Source of the DNA: Macrostomum lignano
Taxonomy: Eukaryota
Reading direction: 5' to 3'
Assembly (NCBI GenBank): GCA_002269645.1
Contig: NIVC01000793.1
Coordinates: 62,001-126,000, forward strand
DNA: 64,000 bases
Shown here piece by piece: positions 1 through 13,400 of the stretch. Both the position numbers and the translations under genes were made by a program. Each line of letters begins with the position of its first letter. The stretch's first letter is position 1. The notes beneath the pieces were generated by a model. The model saw only the letters and a list, made by a program, of their open reading frames with translations. It searched no databases and had not been told where the DNA came from.

Positions 1-283
1 GGTTGATTTAAAATAATGCTTGTTTGGAGCCGAAAGAGTTCTCTCTGTACTATGCTTTTATTATCTCAAATTCATATTATTTTTGAAAACACTGAGTCTG
101 CTTAAGTTAAAGAATGTTCATTAAAATATTAAAGTATATATAAGTTTTAGAAACTGCTTTTTACTGTTTGAAACTCCAATTATTACGAGCTATCATTCAT
201 TTTATCAGCAGGACAAGAATTCAGTTAAAATGAAACTTGTCTCTGAGTACCGAATTTTTCTGACTCCTACTGACAAAATAAAG

Positions 284-1460
284 TGCCCGCTCAAGTGAAA
301 TGGCACTCACTTAAGTTAAATGGCGCCTACTCATGTGAAATGGCGCCCACTCAAGTGAAATGGCGCCTACTCAAGTAAAATGGCACTCACTCAAGTAAAA
401 TGGCACTCACTCAAGTGAAATGGCGCCTACTCAAGTAAAATGGCACTCACTCAAGTGAAATGGCGCCTACTCAAGTGAAATGGCACTCACTCAAGTGAAA
501 TGGCACTCACTCAAGTGAAATGGCACTCACTCAAGTGAAATGGCGCCTACTCAAGTAAAATGGCACTCACTCAAGTGAAATGGCGCCTACTCAAGTGAAA
601 TGGCGCCTACTCAAGTGAAATGGCACTCACTCAAGTAAAATGGCACTCACTCAAGTAAAATGGCACTCACTCAAGTGAAATGGCGCCTACTCAAGTGAAA
701 TGGCACTCACTCAAGTGAAATGGCGCCTACTCAAGTGAAATGGCGCCTACTCAAGTAAAATGGCACTCACTCAAGTAAAATGGCACTTACTCAAGTGAAA
801 TGGCGCCTACTCAAGTAAAATGGCACTCACTCAAGTGAAATGGCGCCTACTCAAGTGAAATGGCGCCTACTCAAGTGAAATGGCACTCACTCAAGTAAAA
901 TGGCACTCACTCAAGTAAAATGGCACTCACTCAAGTGAAATGGCGCCTACTCAAGTGAAATGGCACTCACTCAAGTGAAATGGCGCCTACTCAAGTGAAA
1001 TGGCGCCTACTCAAGTAAAATGGCACTCACTCAAGTAAAATGGCACTCACTCAAGTGAAATGGCGCCTACTCAAGTAAAATGGCACTCACTCAAGTGAAA
1101 TGGTGCCTACTCAAGTGAAATGGCGCCTACTCAAGTGAAATGGCACTCACTCAAGTAAAATGGCACTCACTCAAGTAAAATGGCACTCACTCAAGTGAAA
1201 TGGCACTCACTCAAGTGAAATGGCACTCACTCAAGTGAAATGGCGCCCACTCAAGTGAAATGGCACTCACTCAAGTGAAATGGCGCCTACTCAAGTAAAA
1301 TGGCGCTCATTCAAGTGAAATGGCGCCTACTCAAGTAAAATGGCACTCACTCAAGTGAAATGGCGCCCAATAAAGTAAAATGGCACTCACTCAAGTAAAA
1401 TGGCACTCACTCAAGTGAAATGGCACTCACTCAAGTGAAATGGCGCCCACTTAAACAAAA
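284..1460. repeat. 20-bp minisatellite (TGGC[A/G]C[T/C][C/T]ACTCAAGT[G/A]AAA), ~58 copies
   Basis: The 20-nt period is directly visible. The array ends about 20 nt from the last visible guanylyl cyclase exon. Confidence 0.97.
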
Positions 1461-1478
1461 TGGCTCCGTTCTCGCCGC

Positions 1479-4400
1479 TCACCCGTGATTATCGGTCCCT
1501 TCAACAATTTCAGGCGGTTCCGGCAGCGGCTTATTGAAGTTGTCCTTGCCAACCAGCCAGTACGACTTCACCATGCCGCGGCCCTTCAGTTCGACCTCGC
1601 CTCGCAGCTGCAGGTGATAGCCGCCCAGCTGGTCAAGGATGGCCTTAGTAAACGGGCTCACGTGGATACGGAAAGCCGCTCCGGTGGACTCCATGCGGCT
1701 TGCAGTGTTCACCGTGTCTCCGAAGAGGCAGTACCTGAAAGACAAAAAGATTTCCATGCTTTGCAGAGCCTACAGATTAGATTGGGAACCGCTGGCAATC
1801 ATAATTAACACCAGTTATTCCTTTATTGCGTCTTTTCTGGAATTTTCTCAACTAAGTCTTCCAAAGGTGAAATGTGAGCTGTCCAATTCAATGGCTTTTT
1901 ATTAACTTGATTGGCTGTATTGTCTATGGCCGAGTGCAGTTCTGTGGCAGTGGCTTCTGTTGCGAGCTGTCCAATTCAATGGCTTTTTATTAACTTGATT
2001 GGCTGTATTGTCTATGGCCGAGTGCAGTTCTGTGGCAGTGGCTTCTGTTGCGAGCTGTCCAATTCAATGGCTTTTTATTAACTTGATTGGCTGTATTGTC
2101 TATGGCCGAGTGCAGTTCTGTGGCAGTGGCTTCTGTTGCGAGCTGTCCAATTCAATGGCTTTTTATTAACTTGATTGGCTGTATTGTCTATGGCCGAGTG
2201 CAGTTCTGCGGCAGTGGCTTCTGTTGCAGAAAATTTTGGATTCTTTACTTAATCGGCTTAGTTATAAACTTGACTGACAAAAGAAATACTGATTAACTTT
2301 TATAAACTATTCTAACTTGTGAATCAGCCTCGTGGAAGAACACAAGTTTGCTATATTTGTAATTCGGAAACTCAGAAGGTAATTCTTAATAGTTTGAGTT
2401 ACATGGCAGACAAAAACCGGCATCCAGTGAAGTTTTCACAATTGGAGAGTGATGAGTGACAATTTGACAGCTACATGAGGCAAGGACGTATGAAGCAACC
2501 AAGTTTTTTACTGCTGTCACTTTGTCACGTCGTAAAATTAAAATTATTGTTTTTGTCATGCTAAGTTGAAAGCAGTATAGAATAAAGATTGGTTGGGCCA
2601 TAGACAACGAAGTTAATGAAGTCTGAAAAGTGCTATGTCTATGGCCAAACCTTGTACAGACTGTTGCCAAGGATTTGCAACGTGGACAGGGTAGTCAGGG
2701 CTACTGCTATTCGGAATATGTTTTTAAACTGGACAAGGTATTTAGGTAGCATTCAACCGTTGGCAAATATAGCTTTTTTGCAGCCCATTCAGGCTTACGC
2801 GGCAATTGATTTGGTTCAACAAGCATGAATTTGGTCCATAGCTTAATTTGCAACTGCTGCTGCGGAGCAAGATCAGCCCCATGATTGTTGATCATATGCT
2901 AGGCTACCGAATGAATGCCATTGGCTTGTGATCGAAGCACTCGGCAGAGGTTAACACCCAAAAGGACATTGCAAGGCTGCTGAATGGAAAAGAAAATATG
3001 GTTTCCAGCATCCATCAGCGCGTTGAACCACTGCCGGTCGCCTGCGAAAGGGTGGCAATCGCCAAGGCAAGTTGCTCAAGAGCCTCAAGTCCAGCTGCTA
3101 CTCGATGCAGTTGAGACGAGCCCTTTGTTGATATTGCAGAAAATACAGCAGAAGTTGAAGGAACAGTTCCAGTTGGTTATCAGATTTCGACTATGAGCAG
3201 AGCTCTGGAAAAGCGACTGAAAATATTCGGTAGAGACGCTGACATTCCAGCGGTACACAACAACCTGCAGACAGTTGCGAGAAGGCAAGAGCTTGCCGAA
3301 TGATTCACTAGCGTTTGGACCAAATTGATGCTTGTTGGTTAAAATCAAATGCCGCTGTGCCAGCCTTGCTACCATAGACAAAAGCTTCGTTTCTTTGGCA
3401 AACGTATCTTGGACTAAATTAAATGCGCGTAAGCCCAAATGAACTGTAAAATGCTATACCAATTGTTAAAAAAATACAGGAGGAATTATTAGGAGGAACG
3501 GCTGTGGAATGTGATTTGATTGTAGTTGGCCAACTGATTGTAGTTAGTCGGCTGCATCCTGTCATCATAACTTTCTCAAAAGGAAATTCGAGCAAAAAAG
3601 AGGTGAACTCGGCTAAAGTGAACAGCGGGTTCAGCCCTCGCTCACCTGGGCATGGTGAGTCCGACCACCCCAGCCACGCAACTGCCGCTGTGCAGGCCGA
3701 TGCGCAGTCGCAGCGGTATATCCGGCATGTGGCGAATGGTGAAGCTGCCGCACCGGGACAGCAGGTCCAGCGCCACTGTGGAAATCTCGCCCGCGTGCCG
3801 GTTTCCGTTGCGGGTTGGCAGGCCGGAGACGACCATGTAGGCGTCGCCGATGGTCTCCACCTGAGCAGGTAAGCGGGAGTGGAGTTGAACGATCTGCTGT
3901 TATAATGCTGTCTGTAGGGAAAATGCTACAGATAGAGCTGGAGTTCAGGCGTGGCCTGAGAGAGATTTTGCGTGGCGATCCCAACGGCTTTTGCTGTTTC
4001 TTGGTTGAGCTTCTTGTATGCGGAAATAGGCTAGAGACCCTTACGAGCATAAAATTTACTAAGACAGCTTCAGAACGCAGGATGTTGCCCTTCCGAATAA
4101 ATTTCTAGATTTCGAAATGCCGCTTTGATTTATGCTTGTCTTCATTTTCCTTAAGGTGTAAAGACTACTAAAGCTTCATTCAGACACATTGAATCCAATC
4201 GGTCTTTTCGAAATTTGCCAATATTCAACGGTGTAATGACCAGCGTTTTAAAGTCATACTTGAAAACGTCAGCATGCACAGTTTAAATTGTGACGATGAT
4301 TTAGCTTTTTTACTCTTTTAGGTATCCTACAGAAAGTGAGAAAATTTGAGAAGCAATGAATAAATGGTATATATTCCCCATTTATACCAGTGCTAGGGCA

Positions 4401-7400
4401 ATAAATGCTTGAGTGACTTGTTTATTAACCGAGGCGAAGCCGAGGTCAATAAGCGAGGCACGAAAGCATTTTTGTCCTAAACACTTGGTATAAACGGGGA
4501 ATATGTGATGTATCCACCACTTGCCCCGGGCGAACGTCTATGGTCTCAGTGTAAATTTCAATCATTTTACTTCGAAAGAGCAGTTGCACAGTGAAATAAA
4601 CCGTTTATTTGCACCGATGTAAATAAATGAAATTTACACTGAGACCATAGACGTTCGCCCGGGGCAAGTGGGGGATACATAATCAGCGGTCCCAGTGCGT
4701 GACAACGATTTGTCTATGGCTCGCGCCTACCGGCGCTCGCCAGACAATGTATATCCATCCATGGCGCTCGCCAGACAATCGTTGTCACGCACTGGGACCG
4801 CTGATTCTTTACATTGTTTTCTGTTCGACGATCCTACAGACAATGCATTTTTTGTAGTAATGGATTGTTCTGCATTAAAAATGTGAATAATGATCGTCAA
4901 ATTGCTAAGCAATCAACTTTCATTCAGTTCGAAACAACTTGAAAAGTAATACGTTTAGAACACACAAACACCTGAACTTCAACTTTGTACGAGTAAATCC
5001 ATGCTAGCGCAAACAAGTTCTCTAAAAAGTTATTTGGCTGCTGTTTGAGAATGGCTTCGACTCCGTATGGTCTGAAGCAGAGTTTAAAATGAGTCTCACT
5101 TCAAGAAAACTTCAAGGTCGACTGAAGTATTACAGTAAAGCCTTAGAATTATAAAGCGTATCTGGGTTAGTCAGACAGGGCGCAGAACAGCTGGCTAAAA
5201 CTGACTGATCAAGTTACTTCGCTCAGTAGGAAGACTGTCTAAAGATACATTGGCTTTGAGAAAAATGCACCAGTGCAAAGAGGTGCAAGACACCATGGTT
5301 ACAAACAAGTTGCCCCCCTAGCGTACTTGATTACCTTGTACACATCGTACTCCTCCAAGGTCTCGTCGAACATTGTGTACAGATCGTTGAGCAGGTCAAC
5401 CACCTGCAGTGGCGTGCTCAGCGCCGAGATTGTTGTGAAGCCGACGATGTCGCTGAAGTAGATGGTCACCTCGTCGAACTCCTCCGGTTCCACAGCCTGG
5501 CCCTCCATGAGGCTTTTCGCCACGATTCTGCGCGAGATCGGAGTGGTGGCGGTTTGTGACAGGTTTCTGAGTTTCTGTCCAACAAAGTGTTTTGCAGCAT
5601 TCGGCTGGACAATGGCATCATGGGATGCAGAAATGAGCGGTTTAATCAGTCAAGGGAAAAGATTTTTACTTGATAATTTTCCCCTCGTTTGCTTCATCCC
5701 ATCCAGCTGCAACTTCTTAGCTGCTGGCGAAAGTCACTAAGCATAAGCACCTCTCGCTTCGCCTGGTAATTAGCAGGTTCGCAACTACTCTCCTGATCTC
5801 AGTCAGTTAGGAGTTCCTCTTCGTCCTCACTGAGCTATCTTCCATCCTCTGGTCGTGCCTTTTCCTTCTTTGCCCGGCTCAAATTTCAAGGCGAGAGGCG
5901 CTGCTCGTCCGCGCTTCGCCGTGGCGCTCTAATCTTCCTCGCTACTGACGTCCTCCCTCCTCTCTGCCAGCCTCACAGCCATATAAGCCACTACGCGTCA
6001 CCTCGTGCGTTGCATCTCCAGCGCCTTCGCCTAGGGCCGTGATCCTACAATCCTTACAGGCTTATTCTACTTATTCGTCAGTCCAACGGCTAATGACCTT
6101 GGCTAGTGGACTGAGGAACTCTTTGAGTTAAAGAGCTCGGGCAATGCGAAAGTTTCTGTAACGAGTTTATACTGGGAATCTCTAATAGGATAGTAGATGC
6201 ACTAATTAGCTGGAGACGCATACGCTAGTTTAAAAAGCAAGGCTAGATTTCGCCCTGTTGCAGTTTAGCCGACTCAGTCTCTGTACTCGCTGATGGGGGA
6301 ATGTTAAACGACTCGATCCCGGTTTCTATTTCATAACTGGGGCCGGAAATCAAACTGCGAGTTCTCCCTGCCGTTCAAGCCAGCACCTGCCTAGCGCTAT
6401 CAAAACGGACAGGCCGATCGCCCGCTCAAAGCCTTCCTGAACTGATTAAGCTGGCAGTGTGGAGCTCGGGCTGATGCATCGTGCAATCGTGCATTCGTCC
6501 GATCTAGCTGGGGTGGTGCTGGCTGGTCAGTACAGAAACAAACAGAGCGACTGGCAATGGGGGGGGGGAGACGGCTTGCATCCCACGTAGCAAAATTCAT
6601 CTTGAACACTGATTCTCACGATGGTCAACGGGAAAAATTTTTGCTGTCTTAAGGTCGTCAGGTAAGGATAGAGTTAATTAAAAATATAGGCCTCAAATAT
6701 TCAATGGCTGTTTTCTTTCGCCAGTGTTTCTTTTTTACACTTTTCAAGAAAAAATACTGAGGAAGTGAAAGAGGAGTGAAGGTTAGGAGAATCGTGAGTT
6801 CACAGGTGCGTCGCACCCCTTTGTTCGATAGTTCAATAAACAATTGGAGTTCAGACAGATACAGATATCCTAATTAATTGGGCAACTATGAATGCTTAAT
6901 TCTACTACTGTACAGTCAGGGTACTCAATGAACCCTCACCAGTATTTCATGGCTGATTGAGATTTACCTGATACTTTTATTAAAAAATCTCAATACTTAG
7001 TTACTAAGACAGCAGTCTGCTAACAACAACAGGCTACTGAGGCAGCAGGATACTTGGCCAATGGAACAGCAGGATACTTGGCTAATGGAACAGCAGGATA
7101 CTTGGCTAATGGAACAGCAGGATACTTGGATAATGGAACAGCAGGATACTTGGCTAATGGAACAGCAGGATACTTGGATAATGGAACAGCAGGATACTTG
7201 GCTAATGGAACAGCATGGTACGTGGCTAATGGAACAGCAGGATACTTTGCTAATGGAACAGCATGGTACGTGGCTAATGGAACAGCAGGATACTTTGCTA
7301 ATGGAACAGCAGGATACTTGGCTAATGGAACAGCGTGATACTTGGCTAATGGAACAGGATACTTTGCTAATGGAACAGCAGGATGCTTGGCTAATGGAAC

Positions 7401-10400
7401 AACCGATTACTTGGCTAATGGAACAGCAGGATGCTTGGCTAATGGAACAGCAGGATGTTTTGCTAATGGAACAGCGGGATACTTGGCTAACTGGGACAGC
7501 AGGATACTTGGCTAATGGAACAGCAGGATACTTTGCTAATGGAACAGCATGGTACGTGGCTAATGGAACAGCAGGATATTTGGCTAATGGAACAGCAGGA
7601 TATTTGGCTAATGGAACAGCAGGATGCTTGGCTAATGGAACAGCGGGATATTTGGCTAATGGAACAGCAGGATACTTGGCTAATGGAACAGCAGGATACA
7701 TGGCTAATGGAACAGCAGGACACTTGGCTAATGGAACAACAGGATACTTGGCTAATGGAACAGCAGGATACTTGGCTAATGGAACAGCATGGTACGTGGC
7801 TAATGGAACAGCAGGATATTTGGCTAATGGAACAGCAGGATACTTGGCTAATGGAACAGCGTGATACTTGGCTAATGGAACAGGATACTTTGCTAATGGA
7901 ACAGCAGGATGCTTGGCTAATGGAACAGCGGGATACTTGGCTAACTGAACAGCAGGATACTTGGCTAATGGAACAGCATGGTACGTGGCTAATGGAACAG
8001 CAGGATACTTGGCTAATGGAACAGCAGGATACTTGGCTAATGAAACAGCATGGTACGTGGCTAATGGAACAGCAGGTTATTTGGCTATTGGAACAGCAGG
8101 ATACTTGGCTAATTGAACAGCAGGAAACTTGGCTAATGGAACAGCAGGATACTTTGCTAATGGAACAGCAGGATACTTTGCTAATGGAACAGCATGGTAC
8201 GTGGCTAATGGAACAGCAGGATATTTGGCTAATGGAACAGCAGGATATTTGGCTAATGGAACAGCAGGATACTTGGCTAATGGAACAGCGTGATACTTGG
8301 CTAATGGAACAGGATACTTTGCTAATGGAACAGCAGGATGCTTGGCTAATGGAACAGCGGGATACTTGGCTAATGGAACAGCGGGATACTTGGCTAATGG
8401 AACAGCAGGATACTCATGTAATCTGGAAGCGGAAAACTTACTTTGGTAGCATTCGAGCAATCAGCATCTCGGTCTTCTTTTTTTCAACCTCAAGTTCCGT
8501 TGTTCTTTCCCGCACTGTCTCCTCCAAATCTGCCGAGTACTTCTCCATCATTTTGAACATGTGGTCCACGATGTTCATCTTGCGTCCCTGCAGGAGGCTC
8601 TTGAATGTCTGGTAGACTGAGTCCATGTCTGGCCGCATCTCTGGATTCTCAGCCCAGGCCTGTTTTAACACCTGGATGAGACAAAAACAAGACCGTGTAT
8701 TGACGCTTTCTGGTGCTTAGACAAAAGAGCTTTACGAGACACACGTGTCTCCAGTCACAGGTGTTTTGAGCCATCGTCAATTTTACCTGAATATAGGCTG
8801 GCGGCGCCTCGCTTTGAGTGACCTGCGGTCGGCAAAGCGGCGGAGGCTTGCGCACTTTACGAAGAATCTCTTCGGCCGACATGCCCATCATGCCGAAGGG
8901 CGAGTCCCGCGTGATGATCTCCTGCATGACGATGGCGAACGCGTAGACGTCGGCCTTCTGCGAGCCCGGATGCGTGCCGGTGGGCGGTGGCGGCTCGCGA
9001 AGCAGCTCAGGAGCCGTCCAGAGCATCTGCTCGTCAGTAAGCTGCGGCCGATTGTTGTAGATGTTGTACACCTGATTCAGGCCGTAGTCAGTCAGCTTCA
9101 GCACCCAGCGCCCGTCCACTACGCAGTTGCTGGAGTTGAGGCTTCCGTGCACTGACACGGGACTGTGGTGCAGGTAGCGAAGGCCCTGAAAGAGAGATCA
9201 GCATCTTTTTACCTTACAAAGAGCAGAAGTGAATAGCTTTACCAGATTTACCATGGACAACAAGACTCACCCTGACCAAATCCGTTAGCAGTGACAGCTT
9301 GAACTCCCAGTCAAGATTCACCGATGGGTTGTTGATGATGTCCTGGGAGGCGAGAGAGTTGAGAGATTTTGATCACTGAGAGCTATTGGTTCAACTAATG
9401 TACATGTATGCTTGTTTGCGGCGGTTGTACCCTAGTGGTGAGAGCGTCGGACTTACGACTGGAAGGTCGGGAGTTCGATTCCTGATCTTATTGGAATAAT
9501 TTGTGTCCTTGAGCAAGATATAACTCTGCATTGCTTCAGTTCACCCAGCTGTAAAATGGGGCCAGCATTAGCTGGGTTAATTGAGGGTGTGTGTGGCGAC
9601 CCCCCAGTCCTTGGACTGAACAGCCGTACGCAGCCTTCAGATGCGCCGCGCAATAGCTGCGGCTGAGCTGTCGGTTGCACATAAGGCCCAATTGGGGCAG
9701 GTGTAATCAATTGTTCATTATTATCAAATATTGTTTGTCAAAACGCACCTTCAGGCTACCCCTGGTGCAGTGATCCCAAACCATGGCCAGGTACTCCATG
9801 TCAACCAGTAAGCCAACAAACGGATTGACATTTTCGTTGCGGATTTCTCTCAGCATCCGAATGTACGACATCATTCGGCTCTTTACAGAGTGACCGGGCA
9901 ACTGCAGGTAGCTAACGTGAATGAAATCTCCCTGGAAATGAAGAATAGTAAATGCACAAGCTTTATCAGTGCCCTACACGGTGCGTTAAAAGTATTAAAG
10001 GGAGCTCTCACATTGTACTTCGCAGTGTTGGAATCCGTGGCCTCGTTCTCGCTGGTCGGGCTCTTTAACGAGCGCCTCTCGGCCACAGCGTTCCGGAGCG
10101 TCTCAGCCTGGTGGTTTTGGTTCTGCAGCAGTCCTGGCAGGGCCACCTCTGCCACTGTGACGTCCGCCGCCTTCAGACTCTGCAAAAATCAGCGTTTATT
10201 TAGCGTTTAGCGTTTATCAGCCAAGGACCACTGTAGAATAACAGGACGTAAAACTCAAAGAGCGTGTAATTTTAAGGAGGCCGATTTTCTGGAAAAAAAT
10301 ACATTAAGGAGATAGGAAAAATCATTTGTCATTTTTTTCATCACAAAATCAAAGATTTTGCATTTGATTTGGGGCAGTGAAGATTACTTTTTTAATTTAG

Positions 10401-13400
10401 GCATTATTGTAGGTATAGTTCCATTCAAATGCATATGTTTAGGTATTCTTAGACCTGTCTAGACAAGCCCTTAAATAATTAAATAATTATTTGTCTAAAT
10501 AATTTTATGTCGACAACGTTTACCAATTATCTTTTCTCATTGTTGACTTTTTCGAAATCTATCAATTTTGAAGCCAAGAACACAAATTTCACTTGTGAGT
10601 ATTTACAAATTTAGCTGGGGCTTATGAAATAGCTAGAAAACAATATGAAAATGAAACTTTCACTACTCGACTATATAAAATACGAGTACAACAGAGTATC
10701 ATGTTGTGCATGCTAAATTAAGAAAAGGTAGCCTTCTCAGCCCCAGTTCAAATGCAATCATTGATTTTTGATGAATAAAATGATTTTTTCTTATCTCCGC
10801 AGTGTACTTTTCTAGGAAATCGGCCTCCTAAAAATTACACACTCTTTGAGTTTTACGTACTGTTATACTACAGTGGTCCTTGGTAGCAGCTCTGGGCTGC
10901 AGTAAAACAGGGTACCACAGCCCTCAGCATTTGATACATGCAGCAACATATTTCAAATCAATTAATGGCCGAACAGTCTCAAACTAATGCTCACCGGAAC
11001 GCTCTTGTTGATTCGGTTCTTCTGGAACTCCACATCCATGGGATAGAGCAGCATCTTGTTGGGCCCCTTGGCCAGCTCCTTCCGGCTCTGGTATCGCCTG
11101 GAGAAGGTTTACAAAAAAGGGATTTTCCCGTTCCTCATCAGATTACCAATCTCTAGTTCATAATGCAGATTCAAAACTAAAAAGCGAGGCCCCCCGAGCA
11201 CCGCCTGAAGCTCGAAAATCGGATTTCTGTCTGCCTGCATTAGTCGCGTCAATTTTGAAATCTTCATCCGCCCTTTTAACGTCTCGGAGCACGCGATGGA
11301 CTCAAGAAATCAAGAATTAGCTTCTTGATGATGATGATGGTTTTCCAGCGAAAGCAGTGCTAGTGTTTAAGCCGTTACGCACCTGAGCTCTGTCGGATCC
11401 CACAAGCCCCAACTTGGATGTTTGGCTCACCTGACCAGCAGGAAAATAACAAATCCCGCGCCGGCAACGAAGAGGAGCGAAGCCAGCAGAATCACGCCGT
11501 GCATTGCCGTAAATCCACCTGGGAGTCAAAGGCGGGACTGGGCTGATTTAATCACTCATCACGCATTTAGAATCGGTAAAGGCACCAGATGAAATTGCTT
11601 GAATATTTGTCTGTTCCGTTCCTTCAAAATAAGTTTGCAATAGAACAATCTAGAATAATTCTGTACATTTATAATCACGGGAGTAGGTTGTCGGTACTTG
11701 GGTAGGAATGCAAGGAGTGGAATTGTCGGTAGTGGGGTAGGAATGAGGGGAGTGGGGTTGTCGGTAGTGGGGTAGGAATGAGGGGAGTGGGGTTGTCGGT
11801 AGTGGGGTAGGAATGAGGGGAGTGGGGTTGTCGGTAGTGGGGTAGGAATGAGGGGAGTGGGGTTGTCGGTAGTGGGGTAGGAATGAGGGGAGTGGGGTTG
11901 TCGGTAGTGGGGTAGGAATGAGGGGAGTGGGATTGTCGGTAGTGGGGTAGGAATGAGGGGAGTGGGATTGTCGGTAGTGGGGTAGGATGTGGGTGTGGGG
12001 TTGTCGATAGTGGGGTAGGAATGTGGGGAGTGGGGTTGTCGGTAGTGGGGTAGGAATATGAGGAGTACGAGCCAATTTGGCTTAGAACGGGTAGCTCAAT
12101 AAGGCACAGGCTTACCCGCCACTTCCGGTTCCGGGCAAACAGAGAGGAAGCACGAGTCCTCGCCCGGCACAGCACCCAGCTCGCTAGCCAAAGCCTGCAC
12201 TGAGTTGTACGCAGGCCAGTTGATGGTGAGCACTGGCATGAACTGGTTCCGGGTAGGCCAGTAATCTAGCAGCACAAGGTCTAGGAGCGCTTGACCGTCG
12301 GAGTCGATGACCAGCTGGTCGAAGGAGCTGGAGTTCGCCAGAGGAACAGTCAGGTTGACGAAGGCGCCGACAGCTGGAAAGCTCGGCGATGCGCTGGCCA
12401 AGGCGGTCCAGGCTACGCTGGTCTGCATGCCGAAGTGCACCTGCTGGAATCGCGAAAGTGAGCAACTCTCTTTTTATTGCGATTGACTACATACCTTTGA
12501 TGACCTTCAGATGTGACATGCTCGCTCACGAGGCTCCAAGGACCTTTCCGCAATTCTTCCCCTCTCGATCCCTTCTCTCGATTCTTCCCCTCTCGATCCC
12601 TTCCCCATCGATCCCTTCCCCATCGATCCCTTCCCCATCGATCCCTTCCCCATCGATCCCTTCCCCATCGATCCCTTCCCCATCGATCCCTTCCCCATCG
12701 ATCCCTTCCCCATCGATCCCTTCCCCATCGATCCCTTCCCCATCGATCCCTTCCCCATCGATCCCTTCCCCATCGATCCCTTCCCCATCGATCCCTTCCC
12801 CATCGATCCCTTCTCCTCTCGATCCCTTCCCCATCGATCCCTTCCCCATCGATCCCTTCTCCTCTCGATCCCTTCCCCATCGATCCCTTCCCCATCGATC
12901 CCTTCCCCATCGATCCCTTCCCCATCGATCCCTTCCCCATCGATCCCTTCCCCATCGATCCCTTCCCCATCGATCCCTTCCCCATCGATCCCTTCCCCAT
13001 CGATCCCTTCCCCATCGATCCCTTCCCCATCGATCCCTTCCCCATCGATCCCTTCCCCATCGATCCCTTCCCCATCGATCCCTTCCCCATCGATCCCTTC
13101 CCCATCGATCCCTTCCCCATCGATCCCTTCCCCATCGATCCCTTCCCCATCGATCCCTTCCCCATCGATCCCTTCCCCATCGATCCCTTCCCCATCGATC
13201 CCTTCCCCATCGATCCCTTCCCCATCGATCCCTTCCCCATCGATCCCTTCCCCATTGATCCCTTCCCCATCGATCCCTTCCCCATCGATCCCTTCCCCAT
13301 CGATCCCTTCCCCATCGATCCCTTCCCCATCGATCCCTTCCTTATCGATCCCTTCCCCATCGATCCCTTCCCCATCGATCCCTTCCCCATCGATCCCTTC

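Noticed and set aside
1876-2228. CRISPR-like regular arrays (also 53231-53745)
   Set aside because: Units are identical end to end with no unique spacers; eukaryotic context and no cas genes.
6997-8615. Long ORFs on both strands ([16 protein letters not shown], Cys-rich SCCSIS repeats)
   Set aside because: Stop-poor translations of a 24-bp intronic minisatellite; open in several frames with no coding asymmetry.
9418-9490. tRNA-like sequence (also at 33190-33264)
   Set aside because: A and B boxes are present but there is no complete acceptor stem; both continue into SINE bodies and tails.
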